From NCBI GenBank assembly GCA_038087875.1, contig JAXLNO010000687.1:1-64000 (forward strand): a stretch of DNA of 64,000 bases, in the 5' to 3' direction. This DNA is from Malacoraja senta (lineage: Eukaryota). Positions 11,494 through 25,073 of the stretch are shown one piece after another (the stretch's first letter is position 1; every line of letters begins with the position of its first letter). The notes beneath the pieces were generated by a model. It did no database searches. It was not told the origin of the DNA and saw nothing but the letters and a program-made list of their open reading frames with translations. A program made the position numbers and the translations under genes.

Positions 11494-12734
11494 CCTTTGA
11501 AGGACAGGGACTACTTTGTGTCTATAGGTAATTACACATCTGAGCGTGCAAAAATTACATGTGGAGTTCCCCAGGGCTCCATTCTGGGGCCTCTTCTGTT
11601 TAACATCTACATGCTTCCACTGGCTCAGATCATGAAAAACATCAAAATATGTTACCATAGTTACGCAGACGACACACAAATCTACATAACAATATCACCA
11701 GGAGACTATAGTCCAATACAAGCACTGAGTAGATGCATTGAGCAAATCAACGATTGGATGAACCAGAATTGTCTCCAATTAAACAAAGAAAAAACTGAAA
11801 TCATTGTTTTTGGAGCCAAGGAAGAACGATTAAAAGTTAGCACCCAGCTTCAAATGGTAATGCTAAAAACAACAAACCAAGCCAGAAACTTAGTAGTCAT
11901 GGACTCAGACCTGAACTTCAACAGCCACATAAAAACAGTCACAAAGTCAGCCTACTATCACGTAAAGAATATATCAAGGATTAAAGGACTTATGTCTCAG
12001 CAGGATTTGAAAAAACTTGTCCATGCATTTATCTTCAGCAGGCTCGACTACTGTAACAGTGTCTTTACAGGTCTCCCTAAAAAGTCGATCAGACAGCTGC
12101 AGTTAATTCAGAACGCTGCTGCTCGAGTCCTCACTAAGACCAAAAAAGTAGATCACATTACTCCAGTTCTGAGATCTTTACACTGGCTTCCTGTCTGTCA
12201 AAGAATTGATTTCAAAATACTACTGTTGGTTTACAAAGCACTGAATGGTTTAGGGCCAAAATACATTTCTGATCTTCTGCTTAGCTACGAACCACCCAGA
12301 CCTCTCAGATCGTCTGGGACAGGTCTGCTCTGTGTCCCCAGAGTCAGAACTAAACATGGAGAGGCAGCATTTAGTTTTTATGCACCACATATCTGGAACA
12401 AACTCCCAGAAAACTGCAGGTCTGCTGCAACTCTCAGCTCTTTTAAATCTAGACTGAAGACTTTTCTGTTTGCCGCTGCCTTTCAGTAAACAATACAATT
12501 TATTAATTACCTATACTGCACTGTAACTTCTATTCCTGGTTTTATTCTATTTTAAATATTTTATTTGATTGCTTTTAATTTTGTAATTATTTTATCTGAA
12601 TAATCTAATAATCATTTTATATCTAAATGTCATTTTATATGTGTTTCTTTCAAATGCTTTAAATGTTTTATGTAAAGCACTTTGAATTACCTTGTGGTTG
12701 AAAGGTGCTATACAAATAAACTTGCCTTGCCTTG
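11494..12734 (+). mobile_element. 5'-truncated L2-clade LINE with an open RT frame
   Basis: ORF to 12489 has [24 protein letters not shown] and LHWLPV..RI.FK. The 3'UTR ends TGTAAAGCACTTTG...AAGGTGCTATACAAATAAA(CTTGC)n. Confidence 0.92.
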
Positions 12735-15603
12735 ACATTTTGCAAAGGTGCTTGTGGCCTGCATTTCTAGTAATAGCCTCTGATTGAAGGTTGGCAACAA
12801 AACCCATAGCTGGTTAATTATTTTGCCCACCCTGTCCCCACAGTAATAAAACCACAATTATAGAATTGTAGCAAAACGTCAATCCTGAAAGCAGAAAATA
12901 CTCGGGCGGTCAGGTTGCAACTGAGCAAAGAGAAACACAAGTAACGTGAGGAAAATGGACAGTTGACATTTCTGGTTGAGAACCTTCATCTAGACTGATT
13001 AACCAGTATAAAGTGGGGGGTGAAGGGATGAGGCAAGAGTTGACAAAGGACAGGTGAATTGAGGTGAGGCGGGGTTGATTGCCAAATTACTGATGTGTGC
13101 AGGAGAGAAGGGTAGAAAAAAAACAAAGGCTTGGAATTGGAGAGACAAGAAACTGCAGACACTGCAATCTTCAGGGGGAAAAAAACAATGCACTGGAGGA
13201 ACTCTGCAGGTCAAGCTGCATCTGTGGAGGGAATAGACAGGTGACGTTTTTGGGTTGGGACCTTTCAGAAAAAGGATCTCAACCTGAAATGTCATCTGTC
13301 CACCCCTCCACACATGCTGTCTGACCTGCTAAATTCCTCCAGCTATTTTTTGTTTTGCTAAAGGCTGGTAAGTGGAAGACAAAAGGCTGCATATTCTACA
13401 ATGCGATATGAAGGAAAGGGTGAAGAATGGACCTGAATGAGGGGTGGTGGGAGACGGGTGCAACAGAGGGAAGGTGAGATGATCAGAAGAGGGCACCCAA
13501 TTGGAGTAGTGTGCAGGGAAGAGGTGTAAAGAAAGAATAACTGGGGTTTAGGGGTAAGGTGGGAAGAAAAGGGACAATGTGAGAGACCAGGGTAGGTTGG
13601 AGGAGAGAGAAGGGATGAAAGGGGTATGGGTTGCCTGAAATGGTGGATTATTGGTGAACTCAAGAAGCTTGGGTTTTTATCAATGTTGCATAGGCAGATT
13701 TATTCAAAGGATAAAAAGTAGATGGCCCAACATTTTTGCAGATAGAATCTAGTTTCTGAGCCAGTTTGTCTTTCTTTTTTAAGTTGTGTTTCCTGTACTG
13801 CCTGATAATTGGGCTATAATGGACTTATTATGGAGGGATAAGTAGGTATATTTGATTAAATCCAATTATGTTTAAGTTAATAGGAATTTTCTACTTTCCA
13901 CTGTCTCCTGCATGTACTGCATATGCTGTGATGATTGCCCCACCAATGCTCCCTCCCCACCAAGCATTGAAGCAAAATATGCATTCTAGGACAGACCTTT
14001 CTTGAATGTCTGAAGAAGGGTCTTGACCCAAAACGTTGCCCATTCCTTCCCTCCAGAGATGCTGCCTCACCCGCTGAGTTACTCCAGCATTTTGTGTCTA
14101 CTTTTCTTGAATGTGCTGGATATTAAAACTGGCTGAAACTACAGTTGATCTTGGGTTTTTTTAAAATGTTTTCCCTTCCTTGGCCTCTTCCTACAGGATG
14201 TCTGTGTTCGGTCTGCTGACGTGAAAATGTGCAGTCTTGCCTGTCAATTGAAAAGTCAATTTGAGCACTATCTGGTCTCCTTTATCCTTTTTAAAAGAAG
14301 GTAATGATGGATCCCCAGCCACGCTAATGGCTGGTTCCAACCCGCTGGTCAGAAAGGTTTGCAGCAGCAATGAAGAGGCATTACTTTCCATGCAGCAGTG
14401 GTTCAAACTTTTTTTTTGTGAGAGCCAAATTTGCAATGCAAACCATTTCTGATGGCAACCATTGAGAAACATGTTTTATTTTCACCATGACCCTCACCTT
14501 GCTGTTCCACCCATTATATCTCTGGTGCTCTTTTACACCTTGCTGACAACTCGTGTTCTTGATCCTCTCTCTGGTGAGTACCAGAGTTACCTCCTGATTT
14601 GACCATTCAAATGAAAATCCATTCCTCAGCTATCAAGATTGGGTTAGCTGGTATCACCTGGTGCAGGTGGTGTAATTGGATTGAAGATTCTATAATCTGC
14701 GTTATTCTGGAAGATAGCAACCGGTCATCTGCCATTTCCAAGACCTACATATCTGTTGGACAATCAGTGTGGCTGAGGCTCCTCCCGCATTGCCACAGTC
14801 ACAGAGAAACTTCAGCCTGTGAGGTTGAGGGGTCTCCAGACCTGCCGCATTAGTTCAGTGCTCTTGCCCCTCTTCGTTGACCCATTCTGCAGAACATAAT
14901 CTAAGGACTGTGAATGCCTCTTTAAAACAGCGCTGAGTAAACTTGCCGCCTCCTAATGCAATTCAGACTCTGAGATCAAATCTCAACCCGTCAACTCTGA
15001 GCTAAACTTCCTTGAAATGTAGACACTTATTTCAGATGTGTTTGCCAAAGATTATAATCATTTTCCATCAGCTCCCACATAGTGCAAATGTCCTGCAACA
15101 CCATATCTACTTAAAGTCTATAGTCTGTGGACAATGCACACAGTGCTAAAATACATTTGCAAGGCCCATTCTTTTATTACTGGACTTGATAAAAAAAAAA
15201 AAAATCCTGTTGTAGCTATAAATGAAAGCTAATTTACCCAAAAAAACACCTAATCTCGCCTTTGTTTTGTCTTTGTTCTCAATTTCTCTTTGATATGACA
15301 GTTTTGTCTGTGTTAAAGGATGTTCAATCAGGAATTAGGCCATTTGGTTCTTCTGCCTTTGTTGTCATTCAGTGAGAGGGTGGTGGCTGATCTGTGCCCT
15401 GACTTCTTATCAGCCTTCGTCTTATTTCCCCAATATTGTCGTTTAATGAAATCTAAATTAATTAACACCAGTCTGCTCTCTGGTGCAAAGCATCAGTTCC
15501 CCTTGCTACTTTGGCTTAGAATAGAGAAATGTAGAAACAAAGAACTGCAGATGCTTGTTTAAGGAAAAGAAGATACAACGTGCTGGAGTAACTCAGCCGG
15601 TCA

Positions 15604-16418
15604 TGTTCAAGTTCACATTTATTGTCACGTGCACCAATTGTTACAGTGAAATTTAAGTTACCATACAGCCATACGAATAAAAAGAACACAATACACAATA
15701 GAGTTTAACATAAACATCCACCACAGCGGAATCAACGTTTCACACTGTGATGGAAGGTAATAAAGTTCAGTCATCTTCCTCTTTGTTCACCCGTGGTCGG
15801 GGCCTAGAACCCTCCGCAGTCGCTGCTACGGATGGCCCGATGTACTGGCCCTCTCGCCGGGATGATCGAAACTCCGATGCCGGAACGGAGAAACACACTC
15901 AGCAGCTTGGAGTTTCCGAATCGGCCACTTCTTACTGGAGACCGCGGCTTCCGAAGTCCACAGTCCGAGCTGGACGCAGCTCAGCGATGTTAAAGTCAGC
16001 GCCGCGTCCATGGCTAGATGCTCTGCAAACCACAGCTCCACGATGTTAAAGTCAGCAGGCGCAACACTCCAGAGCTCTAACACTGGTGATCCCCGGCAAC
16101 GGATCGCACTGCTCCGCGATGGTAATTCAGCGCTGCGTCTTCTGCTGAAGCTCTGGCTGGTCTCCAGTAGGAAATGCCGCGCTAATCCAGTTAGTAGGCC
16201 GCGGGGAGGGGGGGGGGGGCGGTGCGAAGATGCGACACAGAAAAGACGCATCTCCGTCCAGGTAAGTGAATGAGAAACGGTCTCCCCCTATTTCCCCCCC
16301 ACGTAAGACCTACTACAAAACATTAAAACATACATTTAGACACACTAAAAATAACAAAAAGGATGACAGGACTACGAGCTGCTGGCGAGGCAGCCACTAT
16401 GGTGGCGCCAACCGATGG
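15604..16418 (-). mobile_element. Non-autonomous retroposon of about 815 bp (LINE-like 5' end and 3' tail, no recognisable ORF)
   Basis: 9-bp TSD agccggtca (15595-15603 and 16419-16427). Minus-strand tail GTGACAATAAATGTGAACTTGAAC. It splits a hammerhead mini-element. Confidence 0.75.
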
Positions 16419-16891
16419 AGCCGGTCAGGGTGCATCTCTGGAAAACATGGATAGGCGATGTCATGGATCAGGATCGTTCTTCAGGCTCCAGGTCAGAGCA
16501 TGGCCGTAGAGCAGGAGAGCATCAGAAATGCAGAGGGAGCAGTGAGAGAGGATCTCACAGAACTCTCATTGTAGAAAGAACACCTACTTCAAAGTAAACA
16601 TACCTTGAGGAGATTTTGCATTGAAACAGTTAAATGTAGAAACAATTAATGCGGATGCTGGTTGAACATGAGTCTGAAGAAGGGTATCGAACCAAAACAT
16701 AATTTATCCATATTCTTCAGAGATGCTGCCTGACCTGCTGAGTTGCTCCAGCATTTTGCCTCTTGGTTTAGAACAGCCTACTTTTTTGCATGTCCAAATG
16801 AAGTTCTGAATGTGCTACCTTGGTGGCAAGTGCAAAATCAAGTAACTCTGAGAATTATTTTCAAACTGATCCTTTGTTAAATATGACTGGA

Positions 16892-18500
16892 CAGTGGCTT
16901 GCAGAAGTTTTCATACCCCTTGAACTTTTCCACATTTTGTCACGTTACAACCACAAACGTAAATGTATTTTATTGGGATTTTATGTGATAGACAAACACA
17001 AAGTGGCACATAATTGTGAAGTGGAAGGAAAATGATACATGGTTTTCAAATTTTTTTACAAATAAAAAACTGAAAAGTGTCGTGTGCAAAAGTATTCAGC
17101 CCCCCTGAGTCAATACTTTGTAGAACCACCTTTCGCTGCAATTACAGCTGCAAGTCTTTTGGGGGTATGTCTCTACCAGTTTGCACATCTAGAGACTGAA
17201 ATTTTTGCCCATTCCTCTTTGCAGAATAGCTCAAGCTCAGTCAGATTGGATGGAGAGCGTCTGTGAACAGCAATTTTCAAGTCTTGCCAGAGATTCTCAA
17301 TTGGATTTAGGTCTGGATTTTGACTGGGCCATTCTAACACATGAATATGCTTTGATCTAAACCATTCCATTGTAGCCCTGGCTGTATGTTTAGGGTCGTT
17401 GTCCTGCTGGAAGGTGAACCTCCGTCCCAGTCTCAAGTCTTTTGCAGACTCATAACAGGTTTTCTTCCAAGATTGCCCTGTATTTGGCTCCATCCATCTT
17501 CCCATCAACTCTGACTAGCTTCCCTGTCCCTGCTGAAGAAAAGCATCCCCACAGCATGATGCTGCCACCACCATGTTTCACAGTGGGGATGGTGTGTTCA
17601 GGGTGATGTGCAGTGTTAGGTTTCCGCCACACATAGCTTTTTGCATTTAGGCCAAAAACTTCAATTTTGGTCTCATCTGACCAAAGCACCCTCCTCCACA
17701 TGTTTGCTGTGTCCCCCACATGGCTTGTGGCAAACTGCAAACAGGACTTCTTATGGCTTTTTTTCAACAATGGCTTTCTTCTTGCCACTCTTCCATAAAG
17801 GCCCGATTTGTGGAGTGCACGACTAATAGTTGTCCTGTGGACAGATTCTCCCACCTGAGCTGTGGATCTCTGCAGCTCCTCCAGAGTTACCATGGGCCTC
17901 TTGGCTGCTTCTCTGATCAATGCTCTCCTTGCCCGGCCTGTCAGTTTAGGTGGACGGCCATGTCTTGGTAGGTTTGCAGTTGTGCCATACTCTTTCCATT
18001 GGATTGAACAGTGCTCCGTGAGATGTTCAAAGCTTGGGATATTTGTTTATAACCTAACCCTGCTTTTAAACTTCTCCACAACTTTATCCCTGACCTGTCT
18101 GGTGTGTTCCTTGGGCTTCATGATGCTGTTTGTTCACTAATGTTCTCTAACAAACCTCCGAGGCCTTCACAGAACAGCTGTATTTATACTGAGATTAGAT
18201 TACACACAAGTGGACTCTATTTACTAATTAGGTGACTTCTGAAGGCAATTGGTTGCACTGGATTTTATTTAGGGGTATCAGAGTAAAGGGGGCTGAATAC
18301 TTTTGCACGCCACACTTTTCAGTTTTTTATTTGTAAAAAAATTTGAAAACCATGTATCATTTTCCTTCCACTTCACAATTATGCGCCACTTTGTGTTGGT
18401 CTATCACATAAAATCCCAATAAAATACATTTACGTTTGCGGTTGTAACGTGACAAAATGTGGAAAAGTTCAAGGGGTATGAATACTTTTGCAAGCCACTG
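16892..18500 (-). mobile_element. Full-length Tc1 transposon, Passport-like, with frameshifted transposase (about 17110-18121)
   Basis: TIRs of about 214 bp (CAGTGGCTTGCA..., 16892-17105 and 18288-18500) with internal direct repeats. Right flank TA. Motifs [26 protein letters not shown] and PDLNPIE give DD34E. Confidence 0.95.
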
Positions 18501-18594
18501 TATGTCAACAGCAGTCAGCTCCTATAGTTTTGGTATAGATCTGGAAAATGTTAATACCATTGCTCTCGGTGAACATGCAGGGAAGATTGAAGCA

Positions 18595-19560
18595 CTCTTA
18601 GAAACATAGGAACATATAAAATAGGTGCAGGAGGAGGCCATTTGGCCATTCGAGCCAGCACCGCCATTCATTGCGATCATGGCTGATCGTCCCCAATCAA
18701 TAACCCGTGCATGCCTTCTCCCCATATCCCTTGATTCCGCTAGCCCCTAGAGCTCTATCTAACTCTCTCTTAAATCCATCCAGTGATTTGGCCTCCACTG
18801 ACCTCTGTGGCAGTGAATTCCACAGATTCACAACTCTCTGGGTGAAAAAGTTTTTTCTCACCTCAGTCTTAAATGGCCTCCCCTTTATTCTAAGACTGTG
18901 GCCCCTGGTTCTGGATTCGCCCAACATTGGGAACATTTTTCCTGCATCTAGCTTGTCCAGTCCTTTGTATAATTTTATATGTTTGTATAAGATCCCCCCT
19001 CATCCTTCTAAACTCCAGTGAATACAAGCCCAGTCTTTTCAATCTTTCCTCATATGACAGCCCGCCATCCCAGGGATCAATCTCGTGAACCTACGCTGCA
19101 CTGCCTCAATCACAAAGATGTCCTTCCTCAAATTAGGAGACCAAAACTGTACGCAATACTCCAGATGTTGTCTTACCAGAGCCCTATACAACTGCAGAAG
19201 AACCGCTTTACTCCAATACTGAAATCCTCTTGTTATGAAGGCCAACATTCCATTAGCCTTCTTCACTGCCTGCTGTACCTGCATGCCAACTTTCAGTGAC
19301 TGGTGTACCTCCCCCTTACCTAACCTAACCCCATTGAGATAATAATCTTCCCCTTGTTTTTGCCACCAAAGTGGATAACCTCACATTTATCTATATTATA
19401 CTGCATCTGCCACGCATCTGCCCACTCACTCAACCTGTCCAGGTCACCCTGCACAACCTCCTATCATCCTCTTCACAGTTCACACTGCCACCCAGCTTTG
19501 TGTCATCCGCAAACTTGCTAGTGTTACTCCTAATTCACTCTTCCAAATCATTAATGTCAT
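18595..19560 (-). mobile_element. CR1 3' fragment
   Basis: ORFs 18697..18936 and 19039..19284 are CR1 RT C-terminus. (TCTATGTT)-like tail near 18600. Confidence 0.9.
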
Positions 19561-19766
19561 TAGTAAGCAGTGCTTTAGTGGATTGTGATAATATTTAATG
19601 GATTATTCTGGGTGTAATCACTGCCATTTAGTGATAACATGGAGCATTAGAACAGAGAACATAGAAGATTATAACACAGGAACAGTTCTTCGGCTCACAA
19701 TCTCATCAATGCTAGACATGATGCCAGGTTAAACTAATTTTCTCTGCCTGCACATAATTAATATCC

Positions 19767-19975
19767 TATAGTGAGACGCGTGTTGTCAAACAAAGTGCTC
19801 TTTATTAGCACAGAACAGCTCTCAGAACCACAACAAGGGGCAAGGGTGTTACCAGCAGTACATATACCCCAGGGAAGACCCATGACCCGTTCTTCCCACC
19901 AAACCAAGTCACGTGACCCAACCCCCAGAGCCGAGGGTTCGCACCACGAGTGGCTAACCACCAGGGCCCGCCACA
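19767..19975 (-). mobile_element. Solo LTR, probably Gypsy, 209 bp
   Basis: Minus strand begins TGTGGCG and contains TATA-like and AATAAA signals. It ends CACTATA (degenerate CACTACA). 4-bp TSD atcc at 19763-19766 and 19976-19979. Confidence 0.75.
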
Positions 19976-20079
19976 ATCCTTACATTCCCTCATTGTCTAT
20001 GTGTCCACCCAAAGCATCTTAAATGCCACTATCATATCTGCCTCTATCTCCACCCTGGCAGCACATTCAGACACCCACC

Positions 20080-20385
20080 ACCCGAGAGGTGCTACAGGTC
20101 TCTCCGTTGCCGGACCAGCAGGTTCAGGAACAGCTACTTCCCTGCGGCTGTTACACTACTTAACCCTGCACCTTGATGATTGCCAGTCACCCCCCCCCCC
20201 TCCCCCCCCCGGACACTCCTTCCCCCAGTAAAAATGGCACTACTGATACCGTTTGTACATTTATATATTTTGCTGTTCCATTATTCTATGTTCGCTCTTC
20301 TGGGTGAGATGCTAACTGCATTTCGTTGTCTCTGTACTGTACACTGCACAATGACAATAAAGTTGAATCTTAAAAAATCTTGACC
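20080..20385 (+). mobile_element. Rex1-like LINE 3' end
   Basis: Encodes RC.RSLRCRTSRFRNSYFPAAVTLLN, then a 3'UTR ending GACAATAAAGTTGAATCTT. Confidence 0.7.
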
Positions 20386-22195
20386 ATCCTCTGTACAAAC
20401 AGGGTGATGGGTGTCCCACATCTCCTTTAAAATTTGCCCCTCTCATCTTTCAGCCATGCTCTCTAGTGCTTGACATTTCCTCCCTAGGAGAAAAAGGTTC
20501 TAACCATCTACCCTATCTACCTTTCATAAATGTAATATACTTCTATCAGTCTCCCATCACCCTCCGGCATTCCGGAGAAAATAATCTGTCCAACCTCACC
20601 TTCTAGTTAATACCACCTAATCCAAACAGCATTCTGGTAAACATCTTCTGCACTCTCCCCAAAGCCACCACATCCTTTCTGTAATGGGGCGATCGGAACT
20701 GCACATAAGACTCCAAATACAGCCTAATAAAACTAATCAACAGTTGTGAGCCAGGAAAAATTATATAGATGCATGGGGATCTGCTGCTCTCTGTATTTTG
20801 GGGAAGAAAGAGAGGAAATGAGAAGAGAAATAAGTACACAAATACCAATTGGCTGTTAAAAGGTCAGGCTTGTATTCTTAAAAGGAGGTTATTTGAGGTT
20901 GTTAAAAGGGACGTCCAAATGAAAAAAAAAATCCATGTCTGTATGGTTTGACAGATGATCATATCTGTAATAACAGCTTGTGTTCTTGGCTGACCGTTAC
21001 TAATTCTGGCATTCATTTTTATCTACCATGTGCCAAACCTGATCTTTTAAATGTTACGGAGCTGTTACAAATGTTACGAAGCTAGGGAAAGCATGACGTT
21101 AGCTGAACCAAACAGCATGCCAGGGGAAGGGCACAGATTATGTAAAATAGTTCCATTGACCAGCGCTTTTGTAAGATTTTAATTACTTGGCCTGGGCTTT
21201 GAGTAATATTGGAAACAGCACTCTGAAAGATAAAAAAGTGCCATTTGGATGGTATATTTGGGAGGAGGGGGGTTGTATATAATGCACAAAAGAACAAGCA
21301 GGTTAAGTGAGGTTCCTCTGCCACAGTTTGGTCAAATATTCAGAACAGCTTTCTTTTACTTTACACTCTTTATCCATTCTCCCTTCCCCAAATACATAGT
21401 GTTCTGCCAAGTCTCCTAAATAATGTTTCTGTTACTGTATCTAGGCCACAGGAATGTTGGTTGGACGATGCCAGAACTGTTTAGATTCTTTTGCAGATGC
21501 GTTGTTCCCCACATTGGAATTTTTGTTTAAGGGTAGTTGCTGTTTTGAAATGCATCAGATCATATGACTAGGTAGACACACAAAATGCTGGAGTAACTCA
21601 GCGGGACAGGCAGCATCTCTGAAGAGAAGGAATGGGTGACGCTTCGGGTCGAGACCCTTCTTCAGACTGATGTCAGGGGAGTGGGCAGGACAAAGATAGA
21701 ATGTAGTCCTATAACTACAGATCATATACAGATCATATGACTGGTTAAGATGCATTAATATTATTTTGACTGAGGTTTTCGTGCTGTGAACTGCACTTTA
21801 ATTATAGCTAAATTTAACATTAATTTAATATTAATTTCTGCTTAATATCTTAGTCTTGAATTCATTTGTGAGTTGTTGGCTCTATAAGATAAGTGAGAAT
21901 TTAGCCACCATTTCTAGATTTGAAACCCAGACTTGTTCTATTGTTACTTCAAATCAGCTGCCTCTGATGAACTAGCCAACATGAAACAGATTGTGAAAAT
22001 GATTTGTAAAACAGCTTGATAGCCAATTCTGGAGATATTTGGGGGAAAGAATTTGGGCTTTCACGCCAGCTTATGATGCCGTAGCTAGTGTTTTAGTTGA
22101 TGATTGAACATCAAATGTCAAAACATTGTAAAAGGCACGAGAGGGTGATATTAATGGCTTGTTTTTTTCAGAGAATTTCTCGAAGCACTTTGAAG

Positions 22196-22468
22196 TTTGG
22201 TTTAGTGATACAGCCTTTCAGCTCAGAGAGTCTGCGATGATCAGCGATACCCACAAACTAACACTATCTTACACACACTAGGGACAATTTACAATTTTAC
22301 CAAGCCAATTAACCTAAAAAAATCTGTTCGTCTTTGGAGTGTGGGAGGAAACCTGAGATCCTGGAGAGAACGAGGAAAATGTACAAACTCAGTATCTGTC
22401 GTCAGGATCGAACCAGAGTCTCTGGCGCCGTAAGGCAGCAACTCTACCGCTGCGCCACCGTGCCGCCC
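22196..22468 (-). mobile_element. V-SINE (HE1-like)
   Basis: Reverse-complement head GGGCGGCACGGTGGCGCAGCGGTAGAG, B box and V-domain. Confidence 0.85.
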
Positions 22469-24382
22469 TGTGATAACTTGTATAAAAACATGAGACCTTT
22501 TATCCCCTCACGTGCTACATTCAACTGGACAGATCGCTGCTGATCATTGTAGGAGCACGAAGCAATTGGAGTTTCAGTCACCTCAAGGGTTTATATCACA
22601 GTTGATGTGGCTTAATCTTGCCAGTTCCACATCATTCCATATGCTTTGATTCTCTGGTTATACCCATCTTGATCTTGTATAAGCTAATCATCTCCAGCTG
22701 TCGTGTAGGGAATTCTAAAGAATCAAACCCTTGGAGGAGTGGAGTTGGAGTTTTCCTTGAGTGTTGTCCTAGTGCAGGATTCTCTTGCCACAGGCAACTA
22801 CCTCCAGTATTAGACTTTGATTTCAGTCAGATAATTCTTTGGATCTCTTGGGAGCTTTGGCTTGGCTCAGTCACTATTACCTCAACAATTCCACCCTTCC
22901 TCCTTCCCAGTCTTTGCAGGAATTCTATCAAGCCACCATCACGTGTCATCACGTGTTTGCCTGACTAAAACCATACGCTGTCCTCCAGATGCCTTAACTA
23001 CATTTGTCCACTTCGTGTAAGATGGAACTGCAGATGCTGGTTTACACCGAAGATGGACACAAAATGTTGGATTAACTCAGCAGGTCTGGCAGCATCTCTG
23101 GAGAAAAGGAATAGGTGACCTTTTGGGCCGAGGCCCTTCATCAGACCATTTCCTTGATCAGTCCGCTTTGTTTCTGTTTCAGTGCATCCATGTGAACAGT
23201 TTTTTAGAAGAATTCTAATGTTTAGAGGATTCTAATCCTAAAAGAAAAAGCTAATGTAAGGTTTAAGATGATGAAATCAGATGGGTCCTTTGGGGAATAT
23301 AAAGCAAGTAGGAAAAAACAACCAGTGATTGGAAGGGCCAGAGGGCCAACACATTGCCAGGGGTGGTGGTGGCGGTGCCAGATACGGTCGTGGCATTTAT
23401 GTGATAGGCATGGATATGGAGGGATATGGATCACTTGTAAGCAGGTAAGATTAGTTTATTTTGGCATCATGTTCAGCACAAGCATTGTGGCCTTTAAGAA
23501 CTTGTTTCTGTGCTGTACTGTTCTGTGTTTATCATAATTGCTTCAATCTACCATTAATTATCTCCATATGCAGCCTTAAATCTTTTTCTCAAGTTAAAAA
23601 ACTCCTCAGACCTGAACCCAGATCTTGGGTACAAAATGTGGGCAATTATAACCATAGCATAATGCAATCAATTAGTGTATTTATAGCAAGCGCAAGTTGA
23701 TTGTGGAAATGCTTGTAGAACTGCTTCCTCTTTCTTGAATACCTTCACTGTTATTGAAGCTACCACCGTTACATAATTTAACCACGGATGTGCATGGCTG
23801 AATTTTAGGTATCAGCTGCGCAGAGTCCTCACAGCTGCAGTGATCTTTGGTGATTGAGGGGCAGTTCCTCGGCCTTTCCAGCTTGTGTTGGAAGTGGACA
23901 GTTCTGACATAAGGACTTCAACCGTGCAATGTTATCTTGCTTTTCTCTCTTTCCGCAGATGCTGCCCGACCTACTGAGTATTTACAGGGTGTTTTTAATT
24001 TGAGCTTTCCAATTTTTGTTTATCTTTTAAATTTGTGACAACTGGTGATCTCACTTGGTTCCATTCCACATTGTTTTGGGGTTTAACATTCCTGGATATC
24101 TGTATTACAAGTTGACTAAGTTGGCTCAACTCTTTCAGGACTGTCTAGTGTTCATCTTGTAATGCTTTTGTCAAGAGTGTTTTATTGTCATATGAATGAA
24201 ATTCTTACTTGCTGCAGCACAACAGAATATGTGAATATGTAAACATTGTATATAACGGGGGGGAAAAAGAAAAAGTTCAATAAATAACAAATATAGTGCA
24301 AATAACAAATAATAATATAGTCTTTTGCAGTTCAGAGCTCATAGCTTATTTGTTGTGTTTAATAGCCTGTGCTCCTACAATC

Positions 24383-24690
24383 TTTAGTTTAGTTGAGAGA
24401 TACAGCGCACAAATATGTCCTTCAGCCAACCGAGCCCGCGCTGACCAGCGATCCCCACACATTAACACTATCCCTCACAAACTAGGGACAATTTACAATT
24501 ATACCAGACCAATTTACTTACAAACCTGTACGTTTTAGGAGTGTGGGAGGTAAACTGGAGATCCCGGAGAAAACCCAGGCAGGTCACGGGGAGAACATAC
24601 TAACTCCATACAGACAAGTCCCCGTAGTCAGGATTGAACCCGAGTTTCTGGCGCTGTAAGGCAGCCACTCTACCTCTGCGCCACCGTGCC
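24383..24690 (-). mobile_element. V-SINE (HE1-like)
   Basis: Head, B box, V-domain and (AAACT)n-like tail on the minus strand. Confidence 0.88.
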
Positions 24691-25073
24691 GAATGACTGT
24701 AATAGCAGAGAGAGGGATATGTCAGACCAAATGTTACAGTTTGTGACTGCCCGGTGCTCTCAATTTACCAGGTGTACTGAGACTATCACGGAAGCAGCAT
24801 GGAAAATTATATAGTGTGCACTCAATGTGTACCCAGAACGCAGTTGCCATTGTGGCTATTCAAGATATGGCTGCAATAGTACAGCTGTGACATTTGGATG
24901 TTCCAGGTCCAAGAAATGCAGAAAACCTTGGAGATTCTGCATTAGGGAGCTGAGGTTGGCGTTAGAACTTGCAGAAATGGAGGATAGGAAGGATGTCAAA
25001 AGATTTGAAAGTGAGTTAAAATGTTGACTGATAATATTTATTCCTCATAGTAAAAGGATCATCAGTTTAGTTA

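Noticed and set aside
15747..16597. Several 60-140 aa ORFs on both strands
   Set aside because: They lie in the TSD-flanked GC-rich retroposon and have no recognisable domain.
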